Source: Epithemia pelagica (Eukaryota; Protista; Bacillariophyta). Taken from it: DNA of 64,000 nucleotides. A program made the position numbers and the translations under genes. Below are positions 18,516 through 29,038 of the stretch, in pieces; position 1 is the stretch's first letter, and the number at the start of each line of letters is the position of its first letter. Under the pieces are notes generated by a model. That model made no database searches. It was not told the DNA's origin and was given only the letters and a program-made list of their open reading frames with translations. The stretch is taken from assembly GCA_946965045.2 (NCBI GenBank), contig OX337237.1, positions 2,542,001 to 2,606,000 of the forward strand, given 5' to 3'.

Positions 18516-21500
18516 CTACTTGTCCCATTTCTCTTGCGTGTAGCCCAACACTGAGGCGGCCGCTTGTTGTTCCAAAGTCAATTCGGACCAATCCAAGTCA
18601 TCCAAGCCATCAGGGTCCTTATCCTCGTCCCACAGTTTCTCCGTGTAGCCCAATACAGCAGCGGCTTCTTTCACTGTTCGTATCGAATAAAAGGATCATA
18701 TACAAATAAGCAACCAAAATTAGTTTTCTCACACGGAACCCTGGCCCCGAAAAAAGTACAACTTACCATGCAGCGGGAGTTCCTCCCAATCGCAATCGTC
18801 ATAATTCTCTCGATCACTACCGTCTGGACTTTTAAAGTCATCTTCATCGTAATTGAACAGTTTGGCTGCTTCTTGCTGTTCCGGTCGCAGATCACTCCAT
18901 GTCATTGCCTTGATCACGGGAGGATCTTGATCCTTATCCCATATGATTTTCGTGAAGCCAAGCAATTCCGCCGCCGCTCGAACTAAGCAAAACAAAGATT
19001 GACGCACAAACATGAGAAAACATCCACAGAATTTTTCGCCCGCCTAAAACGTAGCAACACATACCGTCCTCAGGGAGATCCTTCCAGTCGTAATTGTCAT
19101 AAAGTATCTGTTCTTCTCCGTTTGACATCTTCTTCACTTGCTTAAAATCGTCTTTATCATATCTCAGCAACTTGGCAGCTTGTTGCTGCTCCGGTTGCAG
19201 CTCGTTCCATGTTGTGGCCTTGATCATTGGTGGTTCTTCGTCTTTATCCCACATCTTTTTCGTGAAACCAAGTAGTTCCGCGGCTGCAATTGCTGTAGAA
19301 CACAAAATCAAAAGCCAAATGGCAGTATATATGGCGGAGAAATGTGAGCAAGATGGCATGGCAAAGGATTGCGATAATTTCACTTTACCATAAAATCAGA
19401 AACAAACAAAACGTACCATGCTCGGGGAGTTCATTCCAATCCAAGTCTTCTAAGTTCATAGGCTGTGGGATATACTCTTTCTCGGTCTCCTCCATTTGCG
19501 TCTTTAGACTCTTACTTTGGAATTGCTTTTCTTCAGACCGGTTTTTGCGCTGAATTTTCAAGGACAACTTTTCCCAATTGGAACGGACCAAGAAATACGA
19601 ATTCAGAGCACCGGAACAAGCATACCCAATCACCACAGAACTCGCCAATCCTTGTAAATCGTAGCCCAGAACTAAGGTAGAAATCGCAGACAGAGGCAAT
19701 GTGACTCCCCAGCTCCCAATGAATCCCATTGCAGTCGCCAGTCCAAATCTTCCCTGGGCTCCCAACAACGTCCAGCTCACGGAACCAAACATCATGGTCA
19801 CGTTTCCAAGACATGCATAGGGGATAAGCGTCTTAAACATTTCCTGCAGGGTCTCGTCCTTGGTAAACCAGCTAGGTATTTGTTCCGAGCATGCATAAAT
19901 GGGTACTGAGCATAAAATCGCCACGAGAACGCTTACCACAACGGATTTGTGGGCGCAATAGCGAGCTCTTTGGGGTTGATCGGATCCCATTAAATTGGCT
20001 ACCCGCACTTCCGCTGCATCTGCTGTGGCCAATCCTATTTCTTCCAGGGATTCCCAAATATCTCCCAATAGTCCCCAAACTGCTACTTCGGCAGGGCCCA
20101 TGTACCCAGCAAAGACAAACAACACCTCCCATTCCCCATAGGCCATGACATACCCTAAAGACAAGGGGACGGCCTGTTTTAAAAACAAACGGACGGCCCG
20201 TGTCTCAGCCAATGCAAAATTGCCCAGAATTCCAGCCCAGTACTTGTCAAACCACGTAAAGTAGTATATCAGACACACGTTCAGGAGGAAAAACACGACG
20301 TCTATCGCCATATGAACCAATCCAATCTCTTGCAAGGAGGGATTTTCCAAAAACAGTCCGACACACAAGACACAGACAAAGCTGGTGCTCGAGCTCGCCA
20401 AGCCCATGATTGTGGCATAGATTTCATGTCCAGTCACATCCAACAAATAATACAATCCCTCATCAAGCGGGTTGATAAATTCCGCAGCATAAACAAGTAT
20501 GGCATAACGATAGGCCATATCGGCGACTTGCTCATCAAAGCCCAGCCACTCGACAATGTCTTCCAAAAAATATACAAACGTGATTGCGAAGGGAATCAAC
20601 ATGACTTGATAAATAACAGCAGCTATTTGGACCATTTGCCCCGCCAGATAGTACCGTTTGGCTCCAATCGCGTGGCTGCAAAGAGTAAGGAGGCTGGTGT
20701 GTGCCCCCTCCATGAGCATGGTGGACAGGGTGTAAATGAAGCTTACAGAATAAAACGCCGCCAGTGACTGAGTACCCAGCATTCGTCCAATCACCGCCAC
20801 TTCCATGAGACCAAGAACATTCGCGACAATTGTGTGCAAAGTAAAGGGTAAGGCCAACCCGAGAAGTGCGTCCATTTCGGCATCCCATGTGGCACATTTG
20901 GACACCTTGCGACGAAACCGACGAGAACACAAAAAGCGCCACCACGGGCGTTTTCCACAGCAAAGGTTCACGTTTACCTTCTTCTTCGCTCTCGGTACCA
21001 ATGCTGATGCGGATTCGTTGTTCTGGTCATCCCCGTCCATGAGAACATAGTATCCATCGTCGGTCGCGAGCGGGGTTTGTTGAGGCGTCTGGAGATCTTC
21101 CTTATCCGAGGGTGGCGAGACTGAAGGTGACTTGACGAGCTTGCTGGATTCCTTCGTATTGGAGGCGGTTGGATCTTCGTCTTTCATTTCAATATAGTCA
21201 TGATCTGCCGCCCGATCCACAGGGACCAAAGTAGTAGTAGTCTTCTGTGCGGACTTGTGTACGGGACTTGCCCGGTCTGGAGCAACGCGAGGATGAAATG
21301 CATCGTCAGTGGGTGGTGCGTTTGGAGAGGTGGGTAGAATCAATACTTCACGAGCATTCGTAGCAGGGAGTTCTGGTTCTTGGCGAGGAAGCTGATCTAC
21401 TGGCACTCTTGTTTCGGTGGGTATCGTGGCCTGTTCGTTCGACGTGGAGTGATGACGTGCAATAGCTTGATTATCGAGGGAATGACGACGGGGAGAAGCC

Positions 21501-23380
21501 GATCTCTTTACTGCCTCTTGTTTTCGGAACCGCAATCCCAGAAAGGAACTACGTCGTCCAGTCCTTGGTTTCGAGGATGATGTCGTTGTCGTCACTGCTG
21601 CTGCTGTTGGATTCTGTAGTGTCGTCTCTTGCACTGGTCCTGTTGGTGCTGTTACGGACACCGAAGGTTCGGCAAAAGTGCCACGTGGTACGTCGACCAG
21701 TTCCACCTTTTCCAATGCTTCTTCGTGTGCGCCTGGTGTTGATACTGCAACACCCTGCTTCTTGGATGACTCGGTGGAGGGTTCGGACTCGACAACGTCT
21801 GCTGTTGGATTCTGTAGTGTCGTCTCTTGCACTGGTCCTGTTGGTGCTGTTACGGACACCGAAGGTTCGGCAAAAGTGCCACGTGGTACGTCGACCAGTT
21901 CCACCTTTTCCAATGCTTCTTCGTGTGCGGCTGGTGTTGATACTGCAACACCCTGCTTCTTGGATGACTCGGTGGAGGGTTCGGACTCGACAACGTCCGA
22001 GTAAACCTTCTTGCTTTTCTTTTTTTCCGATACGTGGCGGTACGAGCTCGATAGAGATCCTTGTGAAAGTTCGTCATCAAAATTAAACAGCAAGTCTTCT
22101 TCAATGGCTTGGACAACTTCGTCCAGAGTATCGTCGTCGTCGCCGTCATTGGTCGTTTGTGAATCCTTCTTGTGGTTCACCATGCCCATTTCTTGCATCA
22201 TGTCATTCACGTACGAGGTGGATGGTTCCATGTCTTGTTGGACGGGGTTGGAATTCACATCCACTTCTAGTTGCTGCTTGGAGGAGTCTTCTTGCTGCTT
22301 GGAGGAGTCTTCTTGAGGATCGTTCAAGGGCCATGGCAATGTAGGTTCTTCTTGTTGTTGTTGTTTGGACGCTGGCCTCTCAAACAAGAGCGGCTCTTGC
22401 ATCCTTTTACGCTCTTTCCTTTTTGGTTCCAAAATGTGTATCGAATTACTGACCACTTTGGCTGCTCCCTGCAATCGCCGTTCTTGCATCCTTTTACGCT
22501 CTTTCCTTTTTGGTTCCAAAATGTGTATCGAATTACTGACCACTTTGGCTGCTCCCTGCAATCGCCGTTGTCGTGCTCGAAGGGATGCACCCCATTTGGT
22601 CCACCACTGTGGGCGTTTTTCTCCTGGTGCCGTATCCATTTGCAATTCGATCGAATTGCCTCCGGGCATTTCATTGTCTAACCCATAGTACTTGAGAACA
22701 TGATCTTCGTCGTTGATACTGATATTAGCATCGTCATCTTCGTCAGAAAACTCTTCCTCGGAAAACTCATCTGGCGAGAGACTCGTTTCCACCAGATTCG
22801 AGGGACGAGGATTAGGTGAGGGTATAGAGTGAAGGGAAATTGGAGTGTTGGGCGTTGTTTTCAAAAGTCCATCTCGAACTGGTTGCGTAGCATCCACGTC
22901 ATTCATGGACAAAGACTGCTTGTCTTCTTGTTGTTTCTTGGCTCTAATTTTTGTCGACGTGATCTTGGCACCTTGTTTGACTCGTTCCATAAACTCTTGA
23001 GTATTTTCGTGCCAAACTTCGACCGATTCGTTGGACAGGTCCGCGTCCGTCGGAGCGACATATGGGGTCCACTCCTTGCTGGTGTCCTTGTCATTTCTAG
23101 TGCCGCTTTGAATCGCAACTTGTTGATGTTGGAGTTGCCTTCGGAATCGTTCCTTCTTGTACTTTTCTCGGACCGCCACACAAAAGGGAATGAGGAGAAT
23201 GGCCAATATAGAAAGCAGGAAGGTGATGATGAGAGCAACAGGGCTAGGGTCGATCGTCGAGACTTGATAGCCGTCAAAACCATGCTCATCTTCATTTCCA
23301 CTCAACCAGTTCGAATATCCTTCCTCCTGCCAATACTCATCATCTCCATCGTCGTCATAATTTCCATCATCGTCCGCCAT
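18516..23380 (-). CDS. MATE-family efflux transporter with long N-terminal extension and C-terminal Trp-containing repeats; exons 23380-19417, 19292-19065, 18982-18767, 18673-18516
   Basis: MATE core LALPFTLHTIVANVLGLMEVAVIGRMLGTQSLAA ... EWEVLFVFAGYMGPAEVAVW. Three phase-1 GT-AG introns splice in frame to LGYTQEKWDK*. Confidence 0.88.
21601..21997. repeat. 198-bp tandem duplication (2 copies) in the MATE N-terminal extension
   Basis: Copies start at 21601 and 21799 and are near-identical (VVESEPSTESSKKQGVAVSTP...QNPTA x2). Confidence 0.95.
22395..22569. repeat. 87-bp tandem duplication (2 copies), in frame
   Basis: RRLQGAAKVVSNSIHILEPKRKERKRMQE x2; copies start at 22395 and 22482. Confidence 0.95.
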
Positions 23381-24443
23381 GGTGGATCCTTCTTCTTGCT
23401 GTTCTTGTTCTTATTGTTAGGGCGACGATCGTTTGCAATCCAAAAGACGATTGTGGATTGTGGAGGTGCTCGAAAGGTGCTTCCTAAGAAAAAACCCACA
23501 AAAATATCCGAAATAAATGACACAGTCACGAAGAGCAAGAGCGGCATCGGTTGAATCTATTATTCAACGGATCTTTGTTCTTGGTCCCGAACGTTCCGCA
23601 TGCCTTTGTGTCTAATAATTATAGGGAACCAATGAGTTCGAAGGCTCGAAGGCATGCTTTGATAGGTGCGTTTGAAGACTGAAGACACGTTCCTCATTCC
23701 TCCTTTCTGTTTTTTGAGCAACATTAATTAAGCCCACAGGCCTTTCTTAGTTAGCCCTCTGCGCGCCCGGCGACATACGCGTATGCGCACTTAAAAAAGA
23801 GCGCGCACCGAACATAGTAATTTTTGCAATCTGGTCAACATCGATAATCGACAAAATCACAACATATCAAATAATAGAATCACACGTTCCAAAACCAACA
23901 CGAGTGAGGTATAAGAGATTTGAATTGCACTTCATTCCATGATCATGCCAATCAACAAGGCCACTGCACGATTGTCGTTTTGCTCTCTAGGTTGGAGTAG
24001 TCAGGTTGTGTCTGGTTTTCTAGGCGATGTTTTAACCTAGGTAGGTAGGTAGATAGTTTGATTTGGAGAACGACGTGAACAAGGGTTTGTCAAGCAGCAA
24101 AATAACGCGATTGAACCCAAACGATCAAAATTACCACCTTCTCCACTCTGAATAAAAGGGAGGACCTTCCAAGTTCCACAAGACCCTGCCTACAACTGGA
24201 GCAACCAACGCCACTCAGCAACAGAGTGATGATACTCTTGGTCGACACTGCGCTACCAATTTGACCTTTTGCAGGTAGTCGTGATATCGTTTGGTATCGT
24301 AAACCGTAAAATGTGTAGGAATTTGCGCAGAACCGCGATGGTACTCAACTTCCTTGTTACGAACGAACCTAGGAGTTTCCCAATCCGCGCAAGAAAAGGA
24401 TGTGTAGTAGAAAATGAAACAAGGAACGCCGTTGCTCCTCGAA

Positions 24444-26171
24444 TCACTTGAGAGTTGTCGTGGAGGAGCGTTCAAACCACTGCTGCTGCTCCACAGCGTC
24501 GGTCCAGCTTTGGGATCCAATGGCCCAGACTAGACGATGTAGTTCGTGATAGGTTAGATGAGTGAGGCGCAGATTCTTGTTGCTGCTGTTGCCATAGTGG
24601 TTATGCAAGGCATCCCAGAATTCCATTGGATTGTGCGTAGGCCACAGGATGCTGTCGCAGGGGTATTTGGAAGCATTTGTCGACGACGGCGATAGGCTGT
24701 CATCACTAGTACTGTTGTTGTTGTTGTTTGGTCGAAGGACGGGTCCTTCCACAAGCACTTGCATTTGACGTTCCAAGCAGGCATGGCCTTGAGAATCTAC
24801 ATCGACACGACTGGACCGCCAACGTTTGAGAAACAAACTCACGGATTTCTTATCGGGACCGAGCAAGATAACCATCAACAGGGGATGACTGGAGGATTTC
24901 CGTAGTGGTGCCCGTGTCGAGGTTTCGTCGTCCTCCCCTTCTCTATTGGTTTCTTCTCCAGGAACAATGTCCGCAACAATGCAAAGTGTTCCCAATTCAT
25001 TGGATGTTTTGAACAACCATTTGCGATAGCCCTTGGAGTCGTTCATGTGATCGACATGAATCAAGGCCCCATAGAAGTCTGACTGAACAGAGGAACGAGA
25101 GAGCTTTTGTTTGGCATCGTTTTCTTGGTGTTGTTGTTGTTGGATGCTGTCGTCGTTGGGCTCTTTATTGTCATAGACTTTCATGCTGGTTTTGAACAAG
25201 GCTTCCAAATCCGCTTCTCGACAGGCCGCCGCAACAATGGACATTTCCGAAACTTCATGGAAACCTTCAAATCGACGTTTCTCATTGAGACATTTCTCTT
25301 CGGTATCCTGATCTAGTCGTTGGTTGTCGTAATGGCGGTTCTTGTTGTCAGTTTCGTCTCCTGGTTCCACTGTTATAGGTTCTTGCATTTCCCCCCGTAC
25401 CACGAGATATTGCCAGGACCACTGACGAATCTCATCGTAAAAGGCATTGCAATCCTCATCTCGTCCTTCCATGATGATCAATCCAGGCCAGCCAATCTTG
25501 ACGTAACCCGTCAATTGATAGTGCTGTGCCAGTTCTTGCAAGTCTTTGCGTTTTTGTTTGGCAATAATATGATGCGAATAGATCAAACGACGCCCCAGTG
25601 TAACAGTCCGTGTGGTTGGGGCAGATTCGTGAGCCATTGTCAAGTCAGGGCTGTGCCACGACGGGCCATGAGTTCGTTGCAGAGATAGTTTTTGATCATG
25701 CTCTTGAACCAGCGTGGGCCAAATATCTTGCACCCATTCGTCGGCTGCCGACAATACCAAAAAGACACCTTCACATCCTAGAACAGAGGACGCCGTTTCT
25801 CGACAATGCGACAGCAAACTGGACAGTCCCTCTTTGTAGGCTAATTTCACCAGTGGTGACGAGGAGGGAGCTTGTGGACCTTGTTTCACATTACTTGATG
25901 GCTGTGCTTGTTTCAACTGTGCCGAAATGTGGAGTGGTTCCGTTTCCGGATACGTGGGGACAAGATGCAACGACAAGAGTATGGGAATGTGCGGTTGTTC
26001 CAATGAGTCATCACTATGGGCTGTCAAGTGCAACTGACGGTGGACCACTGGACAATCGGACTCGCTTGCTTCACACCAGGCTTCCTCTTCGGAAAATGCT
26101 GCAGCTACAAACTCCAATTCGGCTTGACGACGTATCACAAGGTCATCCTCATCGAGAGAGGATGGTTCCAT
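24444..26171 (-). CDS. RWD-domain protein: RWD + RWDD2/DUF1115-like domain + RWDD3-like C-terminal domain
   Basis: RRQAELEFVAAAF (RWD start); IYSHHIIAKQKRK...TGYVKIGWPGLIIMEG (RWDD2-like); HVDHMNDSKGYRKW...RVDVDSQGHACLERQMQVL (RWDD3-like). The start could be an in-frame ATG up to 15 nt further upstream. Confidence 0.8.
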   Translation of the reverse strand: MEPSSLDEDDLVIRRQAELEFVAAAFSEEEAWCEASESDCPVVHRQLHLTAHSDDSLEQPHIPILLSLHLVPTYPETEPLHISAQLKQAQPSSNVKQGPQAPSSSPLVKLAYKEGLSSLLSHCRETASSVLGCEGVFLVLSAADEWVQDIWPTLVQEHDQKLSLQRTHGPSWHSPDLTMAHESAPTTRTVTLGRRLIYSHHIIAKQKRKDLQELAQHYQLTGYVKIGWPGLIIMEGRDEDCNAFYDEIRQWSWQYLVVRGEMQEPITVEPGDETDNKNRHYDNQRLDQDTEEKCLNEKRRFEGFHEVSEMSIVAAACREADLEALFKTSMKVYDNKEPNDDSIQQQQHQENDAKQKLSRSSVQSDFYGALIHVDHMNDSKGYRKWLFKTSNELGTLCIVADIVPGEETNREGEDDETSTRAPLRKSSSHPLLMVILLGPDKKSVSLFLKRWRSSRVDVDSQGHACLERQMQVLVEGPVLRPNNNNNSTSDDSLSPSSTNASKYPCDSILWPTHNPMEFWDALHNHYGNSSNKNLRLTHLTYHELHRLVWAIGSQSWTDAVEQQQWFERSSTTTLK

Positions 26172-26174
26172 AGA

Positions 26175-28450
26175 GGTCATGATCATGATCAGCACAAAAT
26201 TCAAAGATCTCAAGGGGTCGCGTATAGGTCATAGAAAAGTCGCTACTACAAGATGTCAGGCGACTCAGGTTTTCATGTGAAAGTTGGTCATACCATACCC
26301 CTCATAAACGTAAAAGGCAACACTCGTGACGGATCCCTGTTGGCGTAGTGATAAGTGTTCTCAGCTTCGGATCGTGTTCCTCACACTGGCAGTGATTGTA
26401 GCCTCCATCCGCAACTATGGCCTGGGGAACTCCTCTGTCGTGTCGCGGGAGTGGGAGAACTCCCCGGGACTGCTCTCTGCCTCCGCCGACGTATACGCAA
26501 AGGTGATCCCCAGGACCATTTAGATATGGTAGCCACCGTCCTTCTTGTTGGTGGGGAATGGGGTTTGGCAGCTGCGTGCATGCTGCGAGAGGGTTCCTTT
26601 TGGTGACCACATTGGTGCGGAGGAAAAAGCAAAAAGAGAAAGAGGCCTACCGTATACCGTACACATGAAAGTCTCAATTGATCGCGCTCTGACATGCCCT
26701 CACGGTGTTTAACGGCACCCGGGCTGGGACAGCTTTTGCAGTGAAATCCAGCTTTAACACACCAACGAGTTTCACTTTATGACATCGACAGATGATGATT
26801 CCATGTTTTATATTAGGTCATGATCAGTACAAAATGATGGATGCGACGCACCCCCGTCCCGTGACCAAATCCATGAGGTCGCGTATCGGTCATGTAATCT
26901 AACCATATGCCAGGCGACTCAGGTTTTCACGTGAAAGTTGGGACGCTTTGGTCATAAACATAAAACAACCTCTTGCGTTCAGTTCCTTGTTGGCGTAGTG
27001 GTAAGTGCTCTCAACTTCGGCTCCTTTTCGTCATATCGCAGCGTGTGTAGTGTCCATCCATCGTCGGCCTGGAGAGCCCCCTTTTGACATGCCGACGTTG
27101 GTCCGAGCACTCCCGGGAGCTTGATCCTTTCGACGGTATATATGGAAGAGCGGCCACAGAACCGATTAAGCATGGTAGCACCGCTCTGCTCGTGGGAAAC
27201 TTGAGCCCGCTGTTGATTGCATGCTGCGACAAGGTTCCTTTTTGGTGGGTTTCGTGCGCATTTGCTTGTCGCTTACTCATAGGAAAAAGCAAAAAGAGTA
27301 CACATCGACCTGTAGCATTCACATGAAAATCTCAACAGATCACGCTTCGACATTGGAAGCGGCTACTGATACACGGTGGGCTGGGATGAGCTTTTGCGGT
27401 GAAACCCAGTCTTTACAATCCAACGAGTGCGTTAAGCCGAAAGGTTAGGGACGTGGGAGACCGATGGTCAGCTCTGGGTTGACACAAGATTCGTCCTTCC
27501 CGCGTGCGGGCAGGATGACCATGGTCTCCCTGGAGGCCCATGTTCGCATGTGGACCTGTCCCTCGTTTTTTGTGTGCGCATATCCTACTTGGTTCCGTCG
27601 GCAGTACCTAGGGTACACCATTTGTCGATTCCTCGGAAAAAGCAAAACGTGCCACCGTTCACATGAAACTCTCAATCGATCACACCAAACACCAGCTTTC
27701 GCGGTAAAGTGCGGTTCTCATATATCAACGAGTTTCACATTGGTCTCAAGGAGCGTTTAGCCGAGAGGTAAGGGACGTGGGACACAGGGAGTCAGCCACG
27801 AGTATGTATAAGATTAACATACTCGTTTCGTGCGGGCTGGCTTCTGAAGTGTTCCTGGACGGTCCGTGCCGGATTGTGGACCTGGCCCTAACCTCTGGTG
27901 TGCGCACATCCAAATGGAAGGCAGAGTTGTCTCCAACGTATTTTTACCAAACGGCACAAGCAGCTTCTTTTGTCCTTTGGCAATTGGAACATATACGCGG
28001 TGACGAGGTTCCTTTCTGATGTCCTTGTCCTCACTTCCGATAGCTCACACGAGTGGCCAATTCCGTTAAAGTGGTGCTCTCACAAGGAAAAAACAACAAA
28101 GAGTTCAGGAGAAAAGTGTCTTCTAGGAGGAAGGTACCCGGTTCTGCAGGACCAACCGTTTCCATGAAAATATCAAAAGATTCAGGCAACACAACGCCAC
28201 ACAGCGACAACCAACCGAGCCTCCACGAGTGGCTTTGGAGGTAAAACCCAGTCTCTGCATACCAAGAAGTTTCTCTCTGAGCACAATTTGCGTTTAGCCG
28301 AGGATGAGGGACGCGGGATAGTAATATCCGGGGCCTTTCGAAACCGATATCGGTGAAACAATTGCTCGCTGTCCATGGTCTCCCTGGAGGGTTCACGCCG
28401 GATAAGGGACCTGGCTTTTACTTCCGGTGTGCGCACATCCGACTTGGAAG
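26175..28450. repeat. Degenerate tandem array of ~300-650-bp units (gene/promoter relics)
   Basis: Recurring blocks: aggcgactcaggttttca(t/c)gtgaaagttgg (x2), ggaaaaagcaaaa (x3), catgaaa-t-tcaa--gat (x4), t-agccga---g-t-agggacg-ggga (x3), ccatggtctccctggagg (x2). Confidence 0.8.
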
Positions 28451-29038
28451 CAAGTTGCCTCCTATTTTTTAGCATCGATCACACCACAACGAACATCGTC
28501 CGAGTGATCGCAGGAACGCACACGTTGATCATCAATCTGCGAAGGTGTGACACGAGGACCATGACGCTTCAATTTAGAGATCCATTGTTTGGCATTGGAT
28601 GTTATTTCGAGCCAGGACGATCGAACCATGCCATTTGCTTTGTATTGACAGTAAAGATCCGAGGTAAGGATGCATAGGATCCGCGACTGGATCTTTCGCT
28701 GAGTCAGTCGCTGTAACTATGCATGACACTCGTTCCGCATGCGAGAGCCACAAAGGGAGCAAAAAGTGAGATGCTTCGATGGAAATGGCTTTCTCTCCAT
28801 GGCACACTTTAGTACCCTAGGAACACGATTGAACCTCCAAAGAGAGACAACACCACACAAGCATTCGACCTACGTACTCCTAGATGGTATCGTTTCCGTT
28901 AGAGTTGAGAGGTGCAGGTTTCAATTCGATCTCGTTTTTCCAATCACTCGGACCTATTATCTAGTCATCTTTTTGTATCACAACAAATCAAGTCGGAAAG
29001 CTCAGAATAGTGCTCAAGTCGAACGTTTTGATTGAACC

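Noticed and set aside
26302-26610. Minus-strand LNGP...VADGGY and QADDGW hint at a DDE (Harbinger/ISL2EU-like) transposase
   Set aside because: Only two short motifs, poorly conserved between units, no TIRs; the + strand reading is equally plausible. An HMM search would be needed.
26338-27030. TGGCGTAGTG(G/A)TAAG at ~26341 and ~26990 resembles a tRNA A-box (tRNA or SINE head)
   Set aside because: No B-box (GTTCRA) at the right distance and no cloverleaf could be built; treated as part of the degenerate array.
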